NCBI GenBank assembly: GCA_902806245.1
Contig: CADCVU010000211.1
Location: 1-46,159, forward strand
DNA: 46,159 nucleotides
Reading direction: 5' to 3'
Origin: an uncultured Solirubrobacterales bacterium
GTDB taxonomy: Bacteria > Actinomycetota > Thermoleophilia > Solirubrobacterales > Thermoleophilaceae
Shown here: positions 7,568 through 16,035 of the stretch, piece after piece
Position numbering within the stretch: the first letter of the stretch is position 1
Layout of the letters: each line of letters begins with the position of its first letter
Made by a program: the position numbers and the translations under genes
The notes under the pieces: model-generated
What the model saw: only the letters and a program-made list of their open reading frames with translations
Databases searched by the model: none
Told to the model about the DNA's origin: nothing

Positions 7568-8788
7568 TCAGAGGGCAACGCGCCGCCAGCGTCCCGAGCG
7601 AAGCCAGCCGACGGACACGGCCAGCCCGACGCCGGCTGCGAGCGGAAGCGACAGCCACACGTAGGCGAGCTCGAGCTCGAGGACGAGGGCCGCCAGGACC
7701 GCCAGCGCCACCAGCCCCCCGCTCACGACCAGCTCGATGACGAACCCCGCGTCGGCGTCGCCCGTCCCGAACACCGCGGCGAGCGCGATCTCGGCCGCCA
7801 CCACGGCGAGCATCCCGAGCGCCACGGCCACCAGGGTGGTGCCGGCGCCGGAGACCAACCGCGCGTCGTCGGTGAACAGCGAGAGGACGAGGTCGGGAAA
7901 GATCACGGCCACCGCGAGCAGGGGAAGCGTCACCGCCAAGGCGCGCCAGGCGACGGCGCGTACGAGCGGCGTGAGGCGTTCACCGAGCCCGCGACCGAGC
8001 GACGCGGAGATCATCGTGTAGGCCGTCTCCGCGAAGGCCTGGGACGGGATCAGGAAGACCGCGTAGCACGCGTAGACGAGGCTCGAGGCGGCGAGCGCGT
8101 CCTCGCCGAGGCGTTCGATGACGAAGAAGAAGGCCACCCAGCGCAGGGCCTCGACGAGTGCCTGGAGGCCGATCGGCGTACCCAGGCGCACCATTCGCCG
8201 GGTCGACGCTTCCCCTTCGTCGCCTCGCTTGAGGAACCCGATCCCCCCGAGGTCGAGCCGGCGTGAGGTCTGCACGCTCAGGAAGGCGAAGGCGGCGAGC
8301 TCCGCGGCGAGGAAGCCGATCCCCGCTCCCTCGATGCCCAGCGCCGGCAGGCCCAGAGGACCGAAGATGAAGGCGACGCTGAGCACGAGGTTCGCCACCA
8401 CGAGCACCGCGGTGGCGCCGATGAGCACCCTCGGCCTGCCGAGCCCCACCCAGAGCGAGCTGTAGGCGAGGTTGAGTGCGAGGAAGATCACCCCAAAGGC
8501 GCCGAATCGGAAGAAGTCCTCGACGGACCTCGCCACCTCCGGCGAGCTGATGGCCAGCTCGGCCACGGGCCCGGCGGCGAGCCGCAGACCGACCGCGATC
8601 GCGACGGAGATCAGCCCCACGCCGACCAGGGCTCGGCCGAAGGTCGCTCCGACGGCGTCGTCGCGCGCCTGGCCGACGCGCCGCGCCACGAGGATCTGCA
8701 TGGCCTCCACGAGGCCCACGGCGGGAACGATGGCCGCGTCCAGCACCGCGTCGATCGGCCCTATCGCCGCGAGCTCCGCTCGACCCAC
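7568..8788 (-). CDS. MATE-family efflux transporter (conserved N-terminus extends upstream of the listed start)
   Basis: The 406-aa ORF is a polytopic membrane protein. The same frame upstream of GTG 8788 reads ..RRPRVSGFAVWAIALPLLFAEVGETLIQFTDTALLGRVG, the typical MATE TM1. That frame stays open but has no ATG/GTG/TTG between 8788 and about 9000. Confidence 0.75.
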   Translation of the reverse strand: MGRAELAAIGPIDAVLDAAIVPAVGLVEAMQILVARRVGQARDDAVGATFGRALVGVGLISVAIAVGLRLAAGPVAELAISSPEVARSVEDFFRFGAFGVIFLALNLAYSSLWVGLGRPRVLIGATAVLVVANLVLSVAFIFGPLGLPALGIEGAGIGFLAAELAAFAFLSVQTSRRLDLGGIGFLKRGDEGEASTRRMVRLGTPIGLQALVEALRWVAFFFVIERLGEDALAASSLVYACYAVFLIPSQAFAETAYTMISASLGRGLGERLTPLVRAVAWRALAVTLPLLAVAVIFPDLVLSLFTDDARLVSGAGTTLVAVALGMLAVVAAEIALAAVFGTGDADAGFVIELVVSGGLVALAVLAALVLELELAYVWLSLPLAAGVGLAVSVGWLRSGRWRRVAL

Positions 8789-8928
8789 ACGGCCGAGCAG
8801 GGCGGTGTCGGTGAACTGGATCAGCGTCTCGCCGACCTCCGCGAAGAGCAGAGGAAGCGCGATCGCCCAGACCGCAAAGCCCGAGACACGCGGCCGGCGC
8901 CCCTGCGGGGCGGTGTCAGCCTCGCCGC

Positions 8929-9902
8929 TCAGACAAGCCGGAAGGCGTAGGAGTAGCGGTTCAGGTGCATCACCATGCAGGAGAGTAGGGCTCCGCCCTT
9001 CATGTACTCACCGAGGTCGAAGTAAGTCACCTCCATCGCGTGCTCGACCGCTATGTCCTCGAGCCGGCGGTTCTTCTTGATCTCGTAGTTGTAGTCCTCG
9101 GTCCCGGCGGTCAGGCCGTGCAGTCCCCGAGCTGTTGAGGATGGTGTTCGACAGGCGCACCGAGTTGCAGATGCCCGAGTAGCACTCGTCGACTCCGACG
9201 TCGATGATGTTCGTGTGCCGATCGAGCTCGGCGATCTCCTCGCGCGTGAACAGTTCGGTGCAGACCAGCGTGTCCTGGCGGGTCAGCGGGAAGATCGTGC
9301 AGTCGAGGTGGTAGAGGTAGGGATCGGTCTCGCGGACCTTGACGATCTCCATCCCGAACTCCCGCTCCATCCACTCGTAGCTCTCTCGCTCCGAGCGCAG
9401 GCCGTAGCCGCCGACGTAGACGTTGTCGTGGAGGTGCTTGAGATCGGCCTCGCCTTCGAAGCGATGGGGCGCGAAGTGCACGTCGTAGCCCATCGACGCG
9501 AAGAACGAGAGTCCCACCTCGGACTCGCCGCGCCGTGGCTCGGAGGTGAAGTTCGAGACGACCACCGGACTTGGGTCGAGATGCTCGAGGACGATGCCCA
9601 GGTTGGCGGTGAAGACGAGGTCCTGGAGGCCTTCGACGCGGGGAGTGGGCAGGAGGTAGACGAGCCCCTCGGAGGCGAGGAACGAGTAAGCGCTGAGGAA
9701 CTGGGTCCTGGCGCGCTTGGTGTCGGGCTCGCGGTCCTCGTCGGCGAGGTCGGTCATCCAGCGTTGTTGGCGACTCCGTCGTGTACGAGAACGGGAAGTT
9801 CAGGAGGAAGGCCGGGCGCTGGAGCTCGCTGGGCGTCCGGGGACGCTCGGTCGGCTCGGGGCGCGGTGCCTCGCGCCCCGTGATCGGCTCCTTCACGGTC
9901 AT
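8929..9902 (-). pseudogene. amidinotransferase / DDAH-fold (guanidino-group-modifying) enzyme, two frame changes as written
   Basis: Three frame segments are seen. Segment 1: ATG 9902 (GGAGG 8 nt upstream) MTVKEPITG...PAFLLNFPFSYTTESP. Segment 2: frame of 9757, MTDLADEDREPDTKRARTQFL...YHLDCTIFPL...CNSVRLSNTILNSS. Segment 3: third frame, GLHGLTAGTEDYNYEIKKNRRLEDIAVEHAMEVTYFDLGEYMKGGALLSCMVMHLNRYSYAFRLV, ending at TGA 8929-8931. The GGxxxSCM catalytic-Cys motif lies in the last segment. Junctions are at about 9758-9775 and 9118-9132. Confidence 0.65.
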
Positions 9903-9915
9903 GGAATTCCTCCGG

Positions 9916-10656
9916 TCAGTTCGCGCTGTGCGCGGTCGGCTTTGGTGGTCGGATCGCGACGAGCGTGTCGATGCCCGCCTCGACGTGGCTATGGACGGTC
10001 TGCGTGGTAACGAGCTCGCGATGCTCGGAGAGGGGGATGATCAGGTCCACCTGCGAGCCGTAGCGGTCTGCGAGAAGCGCTGGCCCTGCAGGCAGGGCTG
10101 GTTCTGCTTGAGCTCGAACGGGGTGATCGAGTCGACGTCGTAATCGGCGATCTGAAGGACGTAGTAGGGATCCTCGGAGCCTGGCGTCTCGATCCGGTTG
10201 ACCATCCGCTGGTTGTGGCGAAGGTACTCCGCTCGCGATGGCGCCACGCGAAGGTCTTCGAGGATGTTCTCCTCGACCTCGAGCATGGGATGGTTGAGGG
10301 TGTCGATCGGGTCGAGTTGGCGGTAGGAGAGCCGCCCGGAATAGGGCACACGGTTGATGTGCACATCGAAGAACGTCATGAAGATCCCGATCACCAGACT
10401 AGGCCGGTCGTGTCGGCTCCCGCAGGGCTTCCCGGAGCGAGTACGGCTTGCCCTTGATATCGACGATCGAGTCGGAGGGGTTCACCACCTCCTGGTAGAG
10501 GATGACGCCGTCGGCCGGGGAGAAGAAGTAGTCCGGGTTCGAGTAACTCGGGCGCACGGGTTCCCGGAAGAAATGCTCCGCCGACAGCCAGCTGAGAGGC
10601 CTGTCCTTCAACGGCCCGACGTCCTCGTCAATCCACGTCTTCAATTCCTTCGCCAA
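9916..10656 (-). pseudogene. phosphatidylserine-decarboxylase-like pyruvoyl proenzyme (short archaeal-type), two frame changes as written
   Basis: Three frame segments are seen. Segment 1: TTG 10656 (GGAG 5 nt upstream) AKELKTWIDEDVGPLKDRPLSWLSAEHFFREPVRPSYSNPDYFFSPADGVILYQ...GKPYSLREAL. Segment 2: second frame, SLVIGIFMTFFDVHINRVPYSGRLSYRQL...ITPFELKQNQPCLQGQRFSQ. Segment 3: third frame, RYGSQVDLIIPLSEHRELVTTQTVHSHVEAGIDTLVAI, ending at TGA 9916-9918. The G-S self-cleavage motif (YGSQ) lies in the last segment. Junctions are at about 10400-10425 and 10060-10072. Confidence 0.65.
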
Positions 10657-10963
10657 GATGCTCCGTCGCGTATCGGGGTTGAGCGGGCAAGACAGGTCCC
10701 CGCGACCTGTAGGTGGGGTCGGGGTGTCGGTCCCGCTCTGTGCGCGGTCCGACCCGAGCGCCGTCGTGGTGCGTCGACGACTCACGTGTCCTCCAGGGCT
10801 TGCCCTCGTCTGCAGGTACGACCTCGCGCGGCGCCCCGGGTTGGACTTGTCGAGCGACGCGTCAAGCTCCGACGACGCACGACTCGGCTCGCGGAGCTTC
10901 CGAACGACGGCTGAGAAGCGCTCGGAAACGCACGGCGGCGCGTTACGCTTCTCGGCCGCACGC

Positions 10964-11659
10964 ATGGCTGGCTCGACCCCGACCCTCGCTTCGTCTCGCT
11001 ACTCCCGCGAGGTCAAGACGCTCGGGCGCGCGTGGCACGAGTTCCGGCGCAAGCGCTCCCCCTGGGTGATCGCCGCCGCGATCGGCGCGGTGACGACGAT
11101 CCGGATCCTGATCGGCGACTTCAGCTGGCGCGACGGCGCGGCTGTGGCGGGGATGCTCGTCGTCTATCCGTTCGCCGAGTGGGCGATCCACGTCTATCTG
11201 CTCCACCTGCGCCCCTTCTCGCTGGGCGGCAGGCGCATCGAGCTGGTGACGACGCGGGCCCACCGCCAGCACCACGAGGCGCCCAACGACCTCAGCATGG
11301 TCCTCCTCGGACCGCTCGAGGCCGCCGCCGTGCTCCTGCTGGCCGCGCCGATCCCCGCGGGCCTCGCTGCACTGGTGTGCCTGCTGGCGGGAGCGAGCGT
11401 TCCCGTCGGGGCTCTGGTGACCGCCCTGCTCAGCGGCTACGTGCTCGTCGGCGTCTACGAGTGGACCCACTTCCTCATCCACACCGCCTACCGCCCTCGG
11501 ACGCGGTACTTCGGCTCGATCTCGCGCACCCATCGCCTGCATCACTTCAAGAACGAGCACTACTGGCACGGCATCACGAGCACGTTGGGCGACCGGGTGC
11601 TCGGCACGTTCCCCGACCAGCGTGAGGTGCCCCGCTCGCCCACGGCGCGGATGCTCTGA
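10964..11659 (+). CDS. fatty-acid hydroxylase / sterol desaturase superfamily membrane protein
   Basis: ATG 10964. Histidine boxes are HVYLLH, HRQHH, HFLIH and HRLHHFKNEHYWHG, with hydrophobic segments between them. It is divergent from the PSD-like gene. Confidence 0.75.
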   Translation: MAGSTPTLASSRYSREVKTLGRAWHEFRRKRSPWVIAAAIGAVTTIRILIGDFSWRDGAAVAGMLVVYPFAEWAIHVYLLHLRPFSLGGRRIELVTTRAHRQHHEAPNDLSMVLLGPLEAAAVLLLAAPIPAGLAALVCLLAGASVPVGALVTALLSGYVLVGVYEWTHFLIHTAYRPRTRYFGSISRTHRLHHFKNEHYWHGITSTLGDRVLGTFPDQREVPRSPTARML

Positions 11660-11665
11660 TCGGCG

Positions 11666-12505
11666 CTAGAGGTAGTCCTCCGGGTCGACGGCCTCGCCGC
11701 GGTCGCGAACCTCGAAGTGAAGGTGGGGCTCGTAGCAGCGGCCGGAGCAGCCCGACGTGGCGATGACCTCGCCGAAGTCGACGGAGTCCCCCTCCTCGAC
11801 CCGCAGCCGAGAGAGGTGCGCGTAGCAGGTGCTGAGCGTCCCCGTGTGCTGGATGCAGACGAGCTTGCCGTAGCCGCCCATCACGCCGCTGATCGCCACC
11901 CGGCCGGAGTCGGCGGCGTTGACCGGGGTCCCGGCCGGAACGTCGATGTCGAGGCCGGCGTGCCTGCTGCCGAGGAGTCGGCCGAAGCGAGCGATCACCT
12001 CCCCGGGCGCCGGAGAGACGACTTCACCGCTGCCCGACCCCGGACCGCGATCGCCGCTCAGAGCGGCCTCGAGCTCGGCGTCCTCGCTTGCGAGGGCGGC
12101 GATCTCTTGTCGCTTCTCGGCCTTGGCGGCGGCCGCGTCGCTCGCGCGGTCGCCGTCCCCGCCGCCCGTCGATCCGTCGTCTTCCCTCTCCTTCGCAGGC
12201 GCCGGCGAGCGCCTGGTCCGGCGGGGTCGCTCGGCGGATCGAGGGCGGGGCAGCGTGTCGAGGCGGACGGGAGCGCGAACCGAGGGCCGCTTACCGCTAG
12301 CGGCCGTGCGCGTCGGCTCGGACGCGCGCGTCGAGAGCCAGAGGACCGCCGCTCCGCCGGCGAGGACCAGGAGAACGAGGCTCGATACGCCCGCGATGCG
12401 CAGCGCTCGGCCGCGGCCGGGACCGGAGTCCGTGCTCTTCACCTCAGTGCTCTCGTGCGGTCGATCGCCCACCGTGCCTCCTCGGTCAGCGGTTGCGTCG
12501 AGCAT
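11666..12505 (-). CDS. M23-family (LytM-type) peptidase with N-terminal membrane anchor and low-complexity linker
   Basis: The C-terminus reads HAGLDIDVPAGTPVNAADSGRVAISGVMGGYGKLVCIQHTGTLSTCYAHLSRLRVEEGDSVDFGEVIATSGCSGRCYEPHLHFEVR, with HxxxD and HxH motifs. A transmembrane segment is LRIAGVSSLVLLVLAGGAAVLWL. Only the 3' third of the 842-aa listed ORF is taken as real. Confidence 0.8.
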   Translation of the reverse strand: MLDATADRGGTVGDRPHESTEVKSTDSGPGRGRALRIAGVSSLVLLVLAGGAAVLWLSTRASEPTRTAASGKRPSVRAPVRLDTLPRPRSAERPRRTRRSPAPAKEREDDGSTGGGDGDRASDAAAAKAEKRQEIAALASEDAELEAALSGDRGPGSGSGEVVSPAPGEVIARFGRLLGSRHAGLDIDVPAGTPVNAADSGRVAISGVMGGYGKLVCIQHTGTLSTCYAHLSRLRVEEGDSVDFGEVIATSGCSGRCYEPHLHFEVRDRGEAVDPEDYL

Positions 12506-12649
12506 ACGCGAGCCCCTGGAGCGGGGAGCAGGCCCCCCGCCGCCCGCGAGCGAAGCGGAGCGTTCCGGGCCCCGGCGTGTTAGCGCTTCGACGCGAGCGG
12601 GTGCCGGGCCCTCTCGCTCCCCGCCCTCACCATCCCTAACATCGCCTCG

Positions 12650-13603
12650 ATGGCCACCAGCCCCAGATTCGAGCTCGCCGACGTCGCTGCCCTCGGGAAC
12701 CGTCTGCGGGCCAACGTCGGCCGCGCGGTAAAGGCGGTGGACGAGGTCGTCCAGGACGTGCTCGTCGCCCTGCTCGCCGAGGGACACGTGCTCGTCGAGG
12801 ACCATCCCGGCGTCGGCAAGACCGCCCTGGCGCGCGCCTTTGCGCGCTCGATCGACGCGGAGTACGCGCGCATCCAGGGCACCGCCGACCTGCTGCCCGC
12901 CGACGTCGTGGGCACGAGCATCTTCAACCAGCGCGAGGCGCGCTTCGAGTTCCGGCCCGGACCGGTGTTCGCCAACATCGTCCTCGTCGACGAGATCAAC
13001 CGCGCCTCGCCCAAGACGCAGTCGGGCCTGCTCGAGTGCATGCAGGAGCGCCGCGTCACCGTCGACGTGCACACCCACGAGGTGGCACGGCCCTTCCTGG
13101 TCATCGCGACCCAGAATCCACTCGATTACGAGGGCACTTACCCGCTGCCCGAGGCTCAGCTCGATCGCTTCATGGTCCGGGTCTCGCTGGGCTACCCGTC
13201 CGCGGAGCAGGAGGCCGACATGCTCGCCGAGCACGCCGCCGGCGACCGCGTTCTCGACCTGGCCCCGGTGTGCAGCCTCAACGAGGTGCTCGGGGCCCAG
13301 GAGGCCGTGACCCGGGTGCACGCCAGCGAGGCCCTGCGGCGCTACGTCGTCGCCATCCTCGAGCGCACCCGCGCCGACGAGCGCGTCGAGCTCGGGGCGA
13401 GCCCGCGCGCCGGCCTGATGCTCCTGCGCGCGGCCAAGGCCGCCGCTGCGCTCGACTCCCGCGACCACGCTCTGCCCGACGACGTCCAGGCGCTTGCGCC
13501 CGCGGTTCTCTCGCATCGCCTCCTGCTGGCGCCCGAGGCGATGTCCGCCAACGGGGCCGTAGCCGTGGTGCGCGACGCCGTCGCGCGCGTCCCCGCTCTC
13601 TGA
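12650..13603 (+). CDS. MoxR-like AAA+ ATPase
   Basis: HVLVEDHPGVGKTALARAFARS is the Walker A motif and NIVLVDEINRASPKTQSGLLECMQE is Walker B. FLVIATQNPLDYEGTYPLPEAQLDRF is also present. Confidence 0.9.
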   Translation: MATSPRFELADVAALGNRLRANVGRAVKAVDEVVQDVLVALLAEGHVLVEDHPGVGKTALARAFARSIDAEYARIQGTADLLPADVVGTSIFNQREARFEFRPGPVFANIVLVDEINRASPKTQSGLLECMQERRVTVDVHTHEVARPFLVIATQNPLDYEGTYPLPEAQLDRFMVRVSLGYPSAEQEADMLAEHAAGDRVLDLAPVCSLNEVLGAQEAVTRVHASEALRRYVVAILERTRADERVELGASPRAGLMLLRAAKAAAALDSRDHALPDDVQALAPAVLSHRLLLAPEAMSANGAVAVVRDAVARVPAL

Positions 13604-13610
13604 CGATCTC

Positions 13611-14690
13611 GTGGTCCGGGCGCTCCTGACCGGGCTGCTCGGTCTGCTCCTGGCCGCGGTCGGCACGGTCTTCGGCGCCTCGGCCCTGCTGCTTCCGGGC
13701 TGCGCCCTGATCGTCCTCGCCCTCGTCTGCGCGGCGTGGGCGGCGCTCGCGGGGTGGGGGCGGCTCGAGCGCCGGGTCGCCGCGACCCAGGTGGTCGAGG
13801 ACGAGCCCTGCTCAGTGGTCCTCGAGGCCCGGACGCTGCTGCCCACGCCCCCCGGCAGCGAGATCCTCGAGCCGCTGGCCTCGCCTGCCGGCCGCCCGGC
13901 GCGGTGGCGGCGCAGGCAGCGGGTCGAGACCGAGGTGAGCTTCCCGCGCCGCGGGCGCCACGAGCTCGAGCCGGCGCGCCTGATCGCGCGTGACCCGCTC
14001 GGTGTGGCCTCGCGCGCGCTGCGCTCCGCACCGGGCGAGGAGATCCTCGTCCTGCCGAGGATCGAACCGGTGCGCACCACGCGCGCCGGCGGCGGACCAC
14101 AGGCGCTCTCGCGGCTCTCGGAGTCGGCGTCCGAGGAGGGCCCGCGCGTCGACTTCGACACGCTGCGCGAAGCCCGCCCGGAGACCCCGGTCACCCGTAT
14201 CCACTGGCCCGCCGTCGCGCGGACCGGCCACCTGGTCGAGCTCAGCCTGCTGGCCCAGATCGATCGCCGGCCGGTCGTCGTCCTCGACGCGACCAGTCCC
14301 TCGTCGCTCGAGGCGCTCGACAGCGCCGTTCGCGCCGCCGCGTCGCTGTGCGTGGCCTTTGCCCGCGCCGGCGGATGCGACCTGCTCCTGCCCGGCGAGC
14401 GGCGCCCGTCGCACGTGGATGCGACGCTCGCCGCCTGGCCCGCCCTCCACGCTCACCTCGCCCTGGTCGAAGCGGGCGGCCAGCCGGTCCTGCCGTCGCG
14501 GCTCGGGCGCGCCGGAGCGGTGTTCTGGGTCGACGCCCACGCCGCCGGCGGAGGGCTTCCGAGCAGCCTGGCTCGCAGCACCTCGGCGTGCTTCCTCGTC
14601 ACCCCGGGGCCGGCGAGCGCCTCCTCGATGTTCACCGTGGCCGGCTGTCACGGCCGTCGTCTCGGCCGCGGGGCGAGGCGGGCGGCGTGA
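13611..14690 (+). CDS. DUF58-domain protein (MoxR partner)
   Basis: It starts 7 nt after moxR. An N-terminal transmembrane hairpin is followed by DFDTLREARPETPVTRIHWPAVARTGHLVE, the DUF58 core. Confidence 0.8.
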   Translation: MVRALLTGLLGLLLAAVGTVFGASALLLPGCALIVLALVCAAWAALAGWGRLERRVAATQVVEDEPCSVVLEARTLLPTPPGSEILEPLASPAGRPARWRRRQRVETEVSFPRRGRHELEPARLIARDPLGVASRALRSAPGEEILVLPRIEPVRTTRAGGGPQALSRLSESASEEGPRVDFDTLREARPETPVTRIHWPAVARTGHLVELSLLAQIDRRPVVVLDATSPSSLEALDSAVRAAASLCVAFARAGGCDLLLPGERRPSHVDATLAAWPALHAHLALVEAGGQPVLPSRLGRAGAVFWVDAHAAGGGLPSSLARSTSACFLVTPGPASASSMFTVAGCHGRRLGRGARRAA

Positions 14691-15976
14691 GGGCCGGCGA
14701 GGCGCCGTCGGTGTGGCGCGGGGTGGTGGCCTTTGCGCCGATGTGCGCGCTCGCCGTCCTGTCGTGGGCGGAGCTGATCCGCGAGCCGCCCGCGGGGCGG
14801 ATCGTCGCCCTGGCCGCCCTCGCCACGGCCTGCGGACTCGTCCTCGCCCTCACCGCGCGCCTCGAGCCCGACGGGCGGACCGAGGCGCGGATCGTCCGCG
14901 TGGTCACCGTGGCGGTCTGCCTCGTGCTCGGTCCGGTGCTCGCCGGCGTCCCGGCGGAGCTCCTCGCCCCCGGCGGCTGGCAGCAGCTCGCCGCCGGACT
15001 CACCGGCGGGGTCGACGGGCTGCCGGCGAGGTGGCCCTACGGAGGCTCGGACTTCTGGGTGCGCGCAACGGTGCTGCTGGCGATCCCCGTCATGACCATC
15101 CCGGCGGCCGCCTTCGCCCTCTGGCCTCCAGCAGAGGGGCCCGGGGGGCGAGAGGCGGCCGCGGTACGCCGGGTCGGCGCGCTCATGCTCCTGCTCAGCC
15201 TGATCGGCTTCGCGGGTTCGGAGCGGGTCCTCGCCGATCCCCTCGGGCGCGGGGCGCTGCTGCTCGTCGCCCTCGTGCTCTGGCTCTTCCTGCCGCGCCT
15301 TCCCGGCCGCCCGGTCGCGGCGCTCGCCGCCGCCGCCGCGGTTCTCGCCGCCGGTCTTGCCTCGCTGCCCGTGGCCGCCGCGCTCGCACCGGGGCCGGGG
15401 CTGGTGGACGGGTTCTCGGGCCAGCGCAGCGCCGCGGCCCCTCCGTCGGCTGAGCGCAACCGGGCCGAGCGCCCTCGGTCCGAGCGCCGCAGCGAGTCGC
15501 AACGGCGCAGCGCGAGCGGGAGCTCGCGACGTCAGCCGCCGCAGCGCCGAGAGCGCTCCGGGCCCTCGCGGGACCGCCGCAACGGCGACGACGGGCTCTC
15601 GGCCGGCCTGGTGATCCTGATCGCGGTCACCGCCGCGCTGGCCGTCGGCGTGCTCCTCCTGCGGCGTCACCTGCGCCGCTCGGTCGGGGACGAGGCCGAC
15701 GAGCTGCGCCGCGTCCTCGAGCGGCTCGGGTGGAGCGTTCCGCCGGAGACCACGCTGGCCGAGCTCGAGCGTGACCTCGGCCAGAGCGCCGGTCCCGCGG
15801 CCGCCCGCTATGCCCGCCGCCTGCGCGAGCGCCGCTTCGGCATCCCGGATCCGGACTCGTCCGCGGGTCTCGACCGGCGCGCGTTACGCAGCGCCCTCAC
15901 CGCCGGTCACGGCCCGCGGCTGCGGTTGCGGGGGCTGCTCGCCCTGCCCCCGGCCGCTCTGGATCTCCGCCGCTGA
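14687..15976 (+). CDS. polytopic membrane protein with a DUF4129-like C-terminus (TgpA-like, but no transglutaminase core seen)
   Basis: GTG 14687 overlaps the DUF58 stop (GTGA). It has about 6 hydrophobic segments, an Arg/Ser-rich stretch (ERNRAERPRSERRSESQRRSASGSSRRQPPQRRERSG), one further transmembrane segment, then ELRRVLERLGWSVPPETTLAELERDL..ARYARRLRERRFG. Confidence 0.6.
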   Translation: MRAGEAPSVWRGVVAFAPMCALAVLSWAELIREPPAGRIVALAALATACGLVLALTARLEPDGRTEARIVRVVTVAVCLVLGPVLAGVPAELLAPGGWQQLAAGLTGGVDGLPARWPYGGSDFWVRATVLLAIPVMTIPAAAFALWPPAEGPGGREAAAVRRVGALMLLLSLIGFAGSERVLADPLGRGALLLVALVLWLFLPRLPGRPVAALAAAAAVLAAGLASLPVAAALAPGPGLVDGFSGQRSAAAPPSAERNRAERPRSERRSESQRRSASGSSRRQPPQRRERSGPSRDRRNGDDGLSAGLVILIAVTAALAVGVLLLRRHLRRSVGDEADELRRVLERLGWSVPPETTLAELERDLGQSAGPAAARYARRLRERRFGIPDPDSSAGLDRRALRSALTAGHGPRLRLRGLLALPPAALDLRR

Positions 15977-16035
15977 GAGGAGACCCGCCGCGTCGCCCGC
16001 CCTCGCGCGCGCTCGCGTCGTAGGATCGCGGGCCG

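Noticed and set aside
11666-14194. 842-aa ORF on the minus strand
   Set aside because: Only its 3' ~280 codons (M23 peptidase, 11666-12505) look like a protein. The rest is Arg/Ala/Pro-rich low-complexity sequence antisense to the clearly real moxR and DUF58 genes, a typical shadow ORF in high-GC DNA.
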